A stretch of DNA of 20,000 bases from the IMG/VR virus record IMGVR_UViG_3300033388_001820. One strand, written 5' to 3'. This document shows, in pieces, positions 6,248 through 13,197 of the stretch (the first letter of the stretch is position 1; each line of letters starts with the position of its first letter). The stretch is from an uncultured virus (IMG/VR IMGVR_UViG_3300033388_001820) (Duplodnaviria > Heunggongvirae > Uroviricota > Caudoviricetes). The notes beneath the pieces were generated by a model. That model had not been told where the DNA came from. It saw only the letters and a list, made by a program, of their open reading frames with translations, and did not search any database. The position numbers and the translations under genes are program-made.

Positions 6248-6384
6248 TAGCACTACTGACAATCATCGCAGCGATACTGTTCGTGCGTGTTGCCGTTGAT
6301 GCTAATCGTCGTCGCGGATACGTCGCAAAGTTTGTAGTAGCCTTCGTGGTCGCGTGGGTTGTGCTCTTCCTTATGGGCATCTGA
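6244..6384 (+). CDS. small membrane protein (46 aa)
   Basis: MIALLTIIAAILFVRVAVDANRRRGYVAKFVVAFVVAWVVLFLMGI; ATGA overlap. Confidence 0.65.
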   Translation: MIALLTIIAAILFVRVAVDANRRRGYVAKFVVAFVVAWVVLFLMGI

Positions 6385-6394
6385 AAGGATAGAC

Positions 6395-7141
6395 GTGAAG
6401 ATAGGATTTCTTGGCGACGTACACGGTAGCCCCGGCTGGGTGAAGTGGGCGTTCGCAGAACTTGTGAAGCAAGGAGCTGAGATAATCGTTCAGCTAGGTG
6501 ACCTCATGTACTGGGAACACAAACCCGGTGGCAAGGAGTTCATCGACTACATCCAAAGCCTGTGCGACGAATACTGTATTGATTTCTGGTGGATTGATGG
6601 GAACCACGAGAACTTTGATTGGCTATACGACTATCCGCTTGATAGAAACGGGCGTAGACCTATCCGGCCGAACGTCATTCATCTGCCTCGTGGACATGCT
6701 TGGGAATGGGATGGCGTGAAGTTCCTAGCCTTCGGCGGATCATACTCCATCAACAAGGACATGCTTACCCCTGGTGACTCGTATTGGCCACAGGAGATGC
6801 CGACAGTACAAGAAGTCGACATTGCTCGTGCGGTTGGCAAAGTAGATGTCATGATCAGTCATGACGTGCCTGAAGGTGCGGACCTAGCGGATTTGTTAGG
6901 ACCGTCTTGGATGGTATTTGCTACGCATCCTGCCGAGTGTGGGATTGTACGAAGACGAGTACGGGACGTATGGGACATTGCACAACCGAACTGGCTTTTT
7001 CACGGGCACTATCATCGGAGGGCTAACAGTGTACTTGGTAGGACGCGCATCGTGGGCCTGGCTAACGAAAACACCGGACCCAATTCTATCTATCTTGCAG
7101 ACACCAATAGCCTACGTTCAGGGTTTGCTGGAACAATTTGA
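6395..7141 (+). CDS. calcineurin-like metallophosphoesterase
   Basis: GDVHG, QLGD, DGNHEN, ISHD, FHGHYH motifs; GAAAGGA RBS before GTG 6395. Confidence 0.92.
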   Translation: MKIGFLGDVHGSPGWVKWAFAELVKQGAEIIVQLGDLMYWEHKPGGKEFIDYIQSLCDEYCIDFWWIDGNHENFDWLYDYPLDRNGRRPIRPNVIHLPRGHAWEWDGVKFLAFGGSYSINKDMLTPGDSYWPQEMPTVQEVDIARAVGKVDVMISHDVPEGADLADLLGPSWMVFATHPAECGIVRRRVRDVWDIAQPNWLFHGHYHRRANSVLGRTRIVGLANENTGPNSIYLADTNSLRSGFAGTI

Positions 7142-7250
7142 TGACGCTCTCACTGCTGTTGACTACAGTGGTTGGGACGATTACTACCTCTACAATTTCG
7201 GTTTCCATCTCCCGATACCTAAAAACTGGGAGCCGGGGGTCGTGTATCTT

Positions 7251-7324
7251 GGTGGCGTAGCTCAGCAGGTTAGAGCAACGGGTTCATAATCCGTAGGTCG
7301 TTGGTTCAAATCCAACCGTCACTA
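7251..7324 (+). tRNA. tRNA-Met(CAU) elongator (Ile2 not excluded)
   Basis: ACGGG-TTCATAA-TCCGT; paired 1:72 (G-U); no CCA. Confidence 0.88.
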
Positions 7325-7331
7325 CTCTAAG

Positions 7332-7360
7332 TTGACAACGGCGTTATACCGTAGTACACT
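7332..7360 (+). promoter_or_regulatory. sigma-70/SigA-type promoter
   Basis: TTGACA-N17-TACACT. Confidence 0.8.
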
Positions 7361-7396
7361 AACACATGAGAACGCCATGCGGTTCATCTACTCTCG

Positions 7397-7431
7397 GTCG
7401 GGGGTCGAACCGTTACACGGTGGCCCCCGAC
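7397..7431 (+). other. GC-rich hairpin in leader of the fMet cluster
   Basis: GTCGGGGGTC-GA-ACCGT-TAC-ACGGT-GGCCCCCGAC. Confidence 0.6.
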
Positions 7432-7443
7432 ACACAATTTCGA

Positions 7444-7521
7444 TGCAGGGTGGAGCAGTCTGGTCAGCTTGCTTGGCTCATAACCAAGACGTCGTGGGTT
7501 CGAATCCCACCCCTGCCACCA
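7444..7521 (+). tRNA. initiator-like tRNA-fMet(CAU)
   Basis: U1:C72 mismatch, fMet-type D-arm TGGAGCAGTCTGGTCAGCT; CTTGG-CTCATAA-CCAAG; CCA encoded. Confidence 0.9.
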
Positions 7522-7576
7522 ACTTAGAAAGGCAACATGGAACTCAATATACCAGCCATCATTTTTTAACACACAC

Positions 7577-7651
7577 GGGGGTGTAGCTCAGCCTGGCTAG
7601 AGCATCTGCTTTGCAAGCAGAAAGTCGTGGGTTCGAATCCCATCTCCTCCA
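7577..7651 (+). tRNA. tRNA-Ala(UGC)
   Basis: G3:U70 pair; TCTGC-TTTGCAA-GCAGA. Confidence 0.93.
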
Positions 7652-7664
7652 CTTTTTACCACGC

Positions 7665-7749
7665 GGGGACGTGGCGGAATTGGCAGACGCGCTGGGTTCA
7701 AGCTCCAGTGAGATAATACCTCGTGAGGGTTCAAGTCCCTCCGTCCCTA
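7665..7749 (+). tRNA. tRNA-Leu(CAA)
   Basis: CTGGG-TTCAAGC-TCCAG; long variable arm; Leu-type D-arm. Confidence 0.93.
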
Positions 7750-7751
7750 CT

Positions 7752-7937
7752 ATGACGAAACTCACGCAACATCAACATCTAGGTTCCCGTATGCCAACTG
7801 TTGAATTTCATGAAGACAATTGCAATCTTTGGGCACATCAAGAAGGATGGATCTGTGGCATCGCTCATGAAGACAGTGGAGCATTGTGGCATGATCAAGT
7901 TTCTTCTCACGACCTAGCAAATTGGGAGTTCATATAG
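7752..7937 (+). CDS. small hypothetical protein ending ...HDLANWEFI
   Basis: ATG 2 nt after the tRNA-Leu discriminator (A-CT-ATG); MTKLTQHQHLGSRM... Confidence 0.6.
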   Translation: MTKLTQHQHLGSRMPTVEFHEDNCNLWAHQEGWICGIAHEDSGALWHDQVSSHDLANWEFI

Positions 7938-7942
7938 TCCGA

Positions 7943-8015
7943 GCCTTTGTAACTCAGCGGACAGAGTGGCAGGTTTCTACCCTGCTGGGCGTAGGTTCGA
8001 ATCCTACCAAGGGCG
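7943..8015 (+). tRNA. tRNA-Arg(UCU)
   Basis: GCAGG-TTTCTAC-CCTGC; GCCTTTG/CAAGGGC; no CCA. Confidence 0.92.
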
Positions 8016-8044
8016 CTAAGCAATTACCTACGAATGGAGAACTC

Positions 8045-8368
8045 ATGGAATACGGTTTCGAAACTGGTGAAGAACCAACCGAGGAAGAAATGGAGCAGAT
8101 GGAATCCGACTACGCAAAGTACGCTGGACAACAGATCGCTTACGTCGATCGACTCTATGATTTCGTGAACGGCTTGGACAAAGCACAGTTGGATGCGTTC
8201 CTGCAACTAACCAAACAGTTCGGAACGAGTCCTACTACGATCCAGTTCTGGTCAGGCTACTCCCGTGCCCTCAGGTACGCCAAGTTTGATGTGAACCCGA
8301 ACCCGTATGTACCGAAGCTGAATCCCGAAGATTTCATAGATAACGCTGAAACCGAAGAAGAAAACTGA
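8045..8368 (+). CDS. acidic hypothetical protein
   Basis: GGAG RBS before ATG 8045; the longer ORF-track start lies within tRNA-Arg region. Confidence 0.75.
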   Translation: MEYGFETGEEPTEEEMEQMESDYAKYAGQQIAYVDRLYDFVNGLDKAQLDAFLQLTKQFGTSPTTIQFWSGYSRALRYAKFDVNPNPYVPKLNPEDFIDNAETEEEN

Positions 8369-8412
8369 TATGCTCTAGACTAGATCCCGATACAACATAG
8401 GAGGTGGGTGAC

Positions 8413-8907
8413 ATGGGTGGAGTTCTGTTGCTGAATGCAACATATGAGCCAATGCGTGTCCTGCCTCTCAAGCGGGCTATCGTACTTGTGCTGCAAGAGA
8501 AGGCCGAGATCGTAGAAGACGAAGGCGGTGTGATCAGGTCTGAGAACCTGTCTATCACGCTACCAAAGGTGATCCGTCTGCTGTACTACGTGAAGATTCC
8601 GTACAGGAAGAAAGTGCCGCTCTCTAACAGGACCGTGCTTGTCCGAGACAAGTTCAAGTGCGCGTACTGTGGCCAGAAGGCAACTACAATCGACCACGTG
8701 TGGCCCAAGTCTTTGGACGGTGCCCACGACTGGACGAACGTTGTTGCAGCATGTCAGCCATGCAACCAGAAAAAGGGCAACCGGACTCTGGATCAGCTAG
8801 GTTGGACGTTGCCATTCAAGCCTGACAGGCCAACCACACGCAAGTGGGTTGTTGTCGAAAGGATTGAGAAGTCATGGGTCCCATATCTAGAGATGGCGAG
8901 CGCATGA
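8413..8907 (+). CDS. HNH endonuclease (actinobacterial VLLLNAxYEP family)
   Basis: VLLLNATYEP N-terminus; RDKFKCAYCG, TIDHVWPKS, WTNVVAACQPCNQKK; AGGAGGTG RBS. Confidence 0.93.
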   Translation: MGGVLLLNATYEPMRVLPLKRAIVLVLQEKAEIVEDEGGVIRSENLSITLPKVIRLLYYVKIPYRKKVPLSNRTVLVRDKFKCAYCGQKATTIDHVWPKSLDGAHDWTNVVAACQPCNQKKGNRTLDQLGWTLPFKPDRPTTRKWVVVERIEKSWVPYLEMASA

Positions 8908-8912
8908 TTGAG

Positions 8913-8953
8913 GGAGTTGGTCGGTGGGGGGCGCGTTCCCTGCCGACCTCTCC
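8913..8953 (+). other. strong hairpin (terminator or processing stem) between HNH gene and tRNA-Gln
   Basis: GGAG-TT-GGTCGGTGGGGGG-CGCG-TTCCCTGCCGACC-T-CTCC; no U-tract. Confidence 0.55.
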
Positions 8954-8957
8954 ACGA

Positions 8958-9032
8958 GCGGGTATAGCATAATTGGCAGTGCCGCGGGCCTTGGCCCCGC
9001 TAGTTCAAGTTCGAGTCTTGATACCCGTACCA
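8958..9032 (+). tRNA. atypical tRNA-Gln(UUG)
   Basis: GCGGG-CCTTGGC-CCCGC (C33); Gln-like D-loop AATTGGCA and short variable loop; G1:U72, A73; CCA encoded. Confidence 0.75.
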
Positions 9033-9199
9033 TGAAACAGTTCTACAGTTCACGATTCTACTCTTGGGCTACACGTGACGCCTACGGCATCAATTACAAC
9101 GCCGAGTACGCTTTGGTTCACGATGAGATCAGTGGCTTAACGTACATCAGTGTACACTCTATACCCGCATCATTACTCCCCAGAAACTGGGGCGGATAA
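9032..9199 (+). CDS. small hypothetical protein ending ...LLPRNWGG
   Basis: ATG shares the A of the tRNA-Gln CCA; MKQFYSSRFYSW...; overlaps the convergent gene by 27 nt. Confidence 0.6.
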   Translation: MKQFYSSRFYSWATRDAYGINYNAEYALVHDEISGLTYISVHSIPASLLPRNWGG

Positions 9200-9718
9200 G
9201 TATGAACCCCCCGCATCCCTCAGCTTGTATCTGTTGCTCCAAGGCAATGGAAGGCTGCTGCTGACGCCGAGAAAGCTCAACAAGGGATCAGGGTCCTCTA
9301 CTAAATCCTCAAGATAGAACTGAGCGACGGCTATCTCAGATACCAAGTCGTTCCAAGCATCCCACCAGTATTCGGCGCGTCTGCGTGGGTCGATGACTCG
9401 GCTCAAGCCTGGAAGGATACGTTCAGCGTAACGGGAGCTAGTCTCGATTACTCCGTTGATCAGTAGACTAGCGATGCAAGCCTGTCTGTTTCTCAGAAGT
9501 TGTATGACTATCAGTTCAGAGACAGGGAAGAGGGGAGCCATCCAAGAACTATCTCCAGCATATTCACCCCAGTCAACGTCGCCGTACAAAGACATGCCGT
9601 TGAAAACTCTTTCATGTCCAGTGAGTCGACCTGCGTCAGTTATCAGTTCTGAAACAGACCGGGTACCGGAACGAGGCATCCCGGTGATTACAAACTTAGA
9701 ACTGTCCTTGACCGGCAC
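9173..9718 (-). CDS. P-loop sulfotransferase-like protein
   Basis: FVITGMPRSGT PAPS-binding loop, GHE, IQLLRN...IAS, FYLEDLV; start placed at GTG 9718 (uncertain). Confidence 0.75.
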   Translation of the reverse strand: MPVKDSSKFVITGMPRSGTRSVSELITDAGRLTGHERVFNGMSLYGDVDWGEYAGDSSWMAPLFPVSELIVIQLLRNRQACIASLLINGVIETSSRYAERILPGLSRVIDPRRRAEYWWDAWNDLVSEIAVAQFYLEDLVEDPDPLLSFLGVSSSLPLPWSNRYKLRDAGGSYLSAPVSGE

Positions 9719-10451
9719 GATACAATGCTGCCATTTCCGCAGCCGACAGAAGTTTCCCATGAAAGAACACGAGGTCAGAGATCCAGCCATCAAATTCTGT
9801 CCAGAAGCTGGAAGGCTGCCCACCAATATGCAGTTGTCCACTATTTTCCAGGGCAGCACCGATTGCGTTCGTTGATAATTCTTCACTCCCGTCTTGCGCA
9901 ACGATAGGAGCGTCGAGACCAGCAGCTTTAGAAGCTCCGACCATAGTCGAAGTGTTGACAACGAGGTTTTTACCGTTTGGATCATCAAAAACGATCAGGT
10001 TTTCTTGATCAGGTTCCGGCGCGCCGCTATTAACGAGAGTAAGAGCATGTACTCCTGCCGATGAGTCGGCGGTGAAATGAAAGATCGATTGATTCGCATA
10101 AGTAGCTCCGCTGTGAGGATATCCCCAAACAGTTGCTCGTTCAACCAACGTCTTAGGACGGAACCAGTAAATCACAGAGAAATCAGAAGGTATATGATGC
10201 GTTTGATCGTCGCGGCCAGTAAATCTCAGCCAACCGCCAGTAGTGTACATGCTCTTACCCAAACCTGGAGCAATAGGCGGTTGCGAAAAGGTTTGAGTGC
10301 CTGACTGGCTATCTACAGTACCAGTCTTGTGCGGTCCAATGTCGTAGTTGCGACTGTCCTCAAGAATATACCATGTGGCACCCATTGATAGAGCCAAATC
10401 TCTGAACGGACGAGGGCCGGTCTTTGTTGTTCTCCTGGTCATGCGTGCCAT
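9696..10451 (-). CDS. LamG/concanavalin A-like domain protein (putative virion or carbohydrate-binding protein)
   Basis: FSVIYWFRP...LHIGG...FDGWISDLVFF...LSAAEMAALY is the typical Laminin_G_3 pattern. Confidence 0.75.
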   Translation of the reverse strand: MARMTRRTTKTGPRPFRDLALSMGATWYILEDSRNYDIGPHKTGTVDSQSGTQTFSQPPIAPGLGKSMYTTGGWLRFTGRDDQTHHIPSDFSVIYWFRPKTLVERATVWGYPHSGATYANQSIFHFTADSSAGVHALTLVNSGAPEPDQENLIVFDDPNGKNLVVNTSTMVGASKAAGLDAPIVAQDGSEELSTNAIGAALENSGQLHIGGQPSSFWTEFDGWISDLVFFHGKLLSAAEMAALYRAGQGQF

Positions 10452-10457
10452 GACGAA

Positions 10458-11081
10458 TTAGTCCTGTTCGATTTGAAGAGTCAAAACTAGATCACCGACA
10501 GCACCAAAGAAAGTATGATCAGACCTAGTGACCATGTGGGCAAACAGACTTGTTGCTGCACACGAAAACGGGACCGGCACGTTCGAGGCCATCACGATAC
10601 GGTTCAATGCAGAGTTGAACGATCCCGACAAGGATAGAACCCCAACACATTTTGCCATGTCGGTGTCCGAGAACGAGTTAGCGGCGTTGTCCGAAGCAGG
10701 TGTCACAGTAGCGTTGAACAAAAAAACGTCGATACCTGCCACAATATTGGCTTTGTCCAGAAGAACGGCACTGGTGATAATTCCAGTGCCACCAGTAGCT
10801 CTCACAGCAGAAGCGAACTCCAACTCCGTACCCAACTGGTCACTAAGGACGTAAGCGGTTGTGGCCGTTGTCAAACCAGCGCTTGTATCGGATAGAGTCA
10901 CAACCAAAGGTCGAGGATCTACGTGTAGACCTCGTGCTGTTGACGCTGCAACCCTTTCTGTACCACCATCGGTAGCAGAAACAAGTTTCATCAACTGAAC
11001 ATGAGCAAGCCCGCCGCCCATGTTCACTTCGTCCGTGGCAACTACTTCAGCAGCGCCCGGTAGTATTACGTCATCAGCCAT
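10458..11081 (-). CDS. hypothetical protein, probable virion structural/decoration protein
   Basis: Ala/Thr/Gly-rich, beta-strand pattern; AGGGG RBS; adjacent to LamG gene; function is inference. Confidence 0.6.
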   Translation of the reverse strand: MADDVILPGAAEVVATDEVNMGGGLAHVQLMKLVSATDGGTERVAASTARGLHVDPRPLVVTLSDTSAGLTTATTAYVLSDQLGTELEFASAVRATGGTGIITSAVLLDKANIVAGIDVFLFNATVTPASDNAANSFSDTDMAKCVGVLSLSGSFNSALNRIVMASNVPVPFSCAATSLFAHMVTRSDHTFFGAVGDLVLTLQIEQD

Positions 11082-11105
11082 CTACATAATCCCCTGTTCA
11101 CTATG

Positions 11106-11133
11106 ATATCGTCGTTAAGCAAAGCAAGTTTGA
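11106..11133 (-). promoter_or_regulatory. candidate sigma-28 promoter for the 11081-9173 genes
   Basis: Minus strand TCAA-N16-GACGATAT in the 54-nt intergenic gap. Confidence 0.4.
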
Positions 11134-11135
11134 GA

Positions 11136-12080
11136 CTAAGAAACGTGACAGCGTTGAAACAATTGCATGATTTCTTCAACGGACTCAAGCGTCGGATGAA
11201 TGTTGTCATCCTTGTAACCCTGTCGCGTGCCAAGAACCGTAGTCAACATTTCATACGACGGGAAGTACACAGCGTTATCGCTGGTCTCCACGAACTCCCT
11301 AGCCACTGCCAGCAGGGTAGCCTTGGATCTAGAGTTAGCAGTGAGCACCGACTCATCCTTGCGGAACGTAGCACGCAGAGGAACAGGCGACACTGTGACC
11401 ACTAGCGTGCAGTCAGGATTGTGTTTTTTCATCAGATCACCGATCATCGTCAGGTTCTCAAGGTTCTCTGCGTAAGTAGCTGTACGGAACGCATGTTTGT
11501 TTGGATCGAACGCCCACTTGGGTGGCACCTGATAGAAGACTGAGCCGTCCTTATGTGAATACCAAATCTCTGTCAAACCCAATGTCAAAATGAAGACCTT
11601 GCTAGAAGTGAGAATAGTACGACAGCTAGCCGGATAGTCCACGACCTCTTGCTGATACTCGTCTAACTCTGTCAAATGTTTATAGGGCAACCACGGCGGG
11701 ATCTTTCGATACGGACACTGGATCATTCCTTCAGGTGTAGTCCAGGTTGCCTCGACAGGGCGGAAAGAGTCTTCCAGTCCACGTTCGATCTCTTGCCTCA
11801 TCGTGAACGTGTTGTATACGACGCCCCACAATGTGGCTAACGTCTGACGGTACGCTTCTTCACCAATCGAGAGATAGTTGTAACCGTTGTTGATTAACCA
11901 TGTTCTGATCTCAGAAGCAAAGCAACTACCCATTGAACTAACCGGTGTTGACTTGTCCATCAATGGGTTTCGATCGTCAAGGACCGTGGGTACAAGTCGT
12001 TTGCCTTGCGGCCAAATTTGACGTCGACTCAACTTGAGAATTTCAATCTCTGGATACGTTGGAATTCTGTCGTCTGTCAT
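11136..12080 (-). CDS. GSCFA domain protein (SGNH hydrolase-like)
   Basis: SMGSCFA, FILTLGLTEIW, VTVSPVPL, ANSRSKATL, YFPSYE, DNIHP motifs. Confidence 0.9.
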   Translation of the reverse strand: MTDDRIPTYPEIEILKLSRRQIWPQGKRLVPTVLDDRNPLMDKSTPVSSMGSCFASEIRTWLINNGYNYLSIGEEAYRQTLATLWGVVYNTFTMRQEIERGLEDSFRPVEATWTTPEGMIQCPYRKIPPWLPYKHLTELDEYQQEVVDYPASCRTILTSSKVFILTLGLTEIWYSHKDGSVFYQVPPKWAFDPNKHAFRTATYAENLENLTMIGDLMKKHNPDCTLVVTVSPVPLRATFRKDESVLTANSRSKATLLAVAREFVETSDNAVYFPSYEMLTTVLGTRQGYKDDNIHPTLESVEEIMQLFQRCHVS

Positions 12081-12808
12081 ACAGCTATGTCCAGATTCGT
12101 GATCGCCGTTGTGTGGATCTGACAGACACGAGATTCTGTGACGCCAAGCACGCGACCGATCTCTGCTAGAGTCAAGCCTTCATAGTAGTACAGAGTGATG
12201 ACTACATTCTCGCGCCCAGACTTAGACCGAATCGCTGCCACCGTCGTACCGAACAAGTCATCAAGATATGACATGTCGTCCTTCTCATCAGAGAGGACAT
12301 CCATCAACGTCATAGTCTCCCCGGCCTCAGACCCAACACTATGATCCAAAGGCACCATGCGGCCAGTAGCAGCCTTGTCACGGTCTTTCTGTACACGCTC
12401 CACTGAAAGCTGTAGCTCCGACGCTATCTCAATATCAGACGCAGGGCGACTGGTGCGCTCGGTGATGTTGGCAGCAGCCGTTTCGATCTGCTTACTACGC
12501 GACCGAACAGACCGTGGCACCCAGTCGGTAGAGCGAAGCTCATCCAGCATCTGTCCACGGATACGGTTCACGGCATACGTCTCAAACTTGAGTCCACGCG
12601 ACAGTTCGAACTTGTCGATGGCATCCATTAACCCGATGTACCCGACCGACACGAGGTCGTCGCGGTCCACAGACTTCGGCAGGTTAGAAGCGACAGAACT
12701 AGCTACAGTCTGGACCAGCCCGAGATAGTTCTCGATCAGTTGGTCCCTTATCTTGATCGTCTTTTTCCGATCGTATTGTTGCCAGAGCCTGTCGACCTTT
12801 ACGTTCAC
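12077..12808 (-). CDS. RNA polymerase sigma factor, FliA/WhiG (sigma-28) family
   Basis: DDLVSVGYIGLMDAIDKF, FETYAVNRIRGQMLDELRSTDWVPRSVR, LYYYEGLTLAEIGRVLGVTESRVCQIH. Confidence 0.95.
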   Translation of the reverse strand: MNVKVDRLWQQYDRKKTIKIRDQLIENYLGLVQTVASSVASNLPKSVDRDDLVSVGYIGLMDAIDKFELSRGLKFETYAVNRIRGQMLDELRSTDWVPRSVRSRSKQIETAAANITERTSRPASDIEIASELQLSVERVQKDRDKAATGRMVPLDHSVGSEAGETMTLMDVLSDEKDDMSYLDDLFGTTVAAIRSKSGRENVVITLYYYEGLTLAEIGRVLGVTESRVCQIHTTAITNLDIAV

Positions 12809-12824
12809 AATACTTCGCCCGTTA

Positions 12825-13196
12825 TCACTTGTATCTTGCTACAAACTCGTCCTGCTCGAACTCGGGATTTAGCGGGTCAGCTTCAGAATTCAGTTCGATG
12901 TACGTGATAAGGTTCCAGATAGCCTGGGCTGCACTCTGGACACCTATGTCTTTGTCGTATGGTCCGTTCTCATAGTGGCTAAACATGTGACGCAACGCTG
13001 CATCGAAGTATTCTTCGTCGGGCTTGTTGCCTAGCTTCCAATTGAGCGGCTCATACTTGATGGCACCCTGCTCAAGCACACGCACCAAGGCAGTCATCGC
13101 CTTCGGATAGTGCAACAGGTAGCTCATCTGAGGCTTGCCCTGGTTGAACCTCTGAGCCTCCACCGGCTTCTTCGCTGCCTTCTTTGCCGCTACCAT
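12825..13196 (-). CDS. dATP/dGTP diphosphohydrolase domain protein (DUF5664-like)
   Basis: RFNQGKPQMSYL...VLEQGAIKY...NWKLG...DAALRH pattern. Confidence 0.85.
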   Translation of the reverse strand: MVAAKKAAKKPVEAQRFNQGKPQMSYLLHYPKAMTALVRVLEQGAIKYEPLNWKLGNKPDEEYFDAALRHMFSHYENGPYDKDIGVQSAAQAIWNLITYIELNSEADPLNPEFEQDEFVARYK

Positions 13197-13197
13197 G

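Noticed and set aside
7125..7289. Firm gene call between the phosphoesterase and tRNA-Met
   Set aside because: Two competing frames (TTG near 7125 to 7289 running into the tRNA, or ATG 7141-7260) cannot be distinguished from sequence alone, so it is not listed as a feature.
9719..9988. N-terminal 90 codons of the 271-aa ORF 9173-9988
   Set aside because: Overlaps the LamG-like gene in another frame; the sulfotransferase motif begins only after about 9718.
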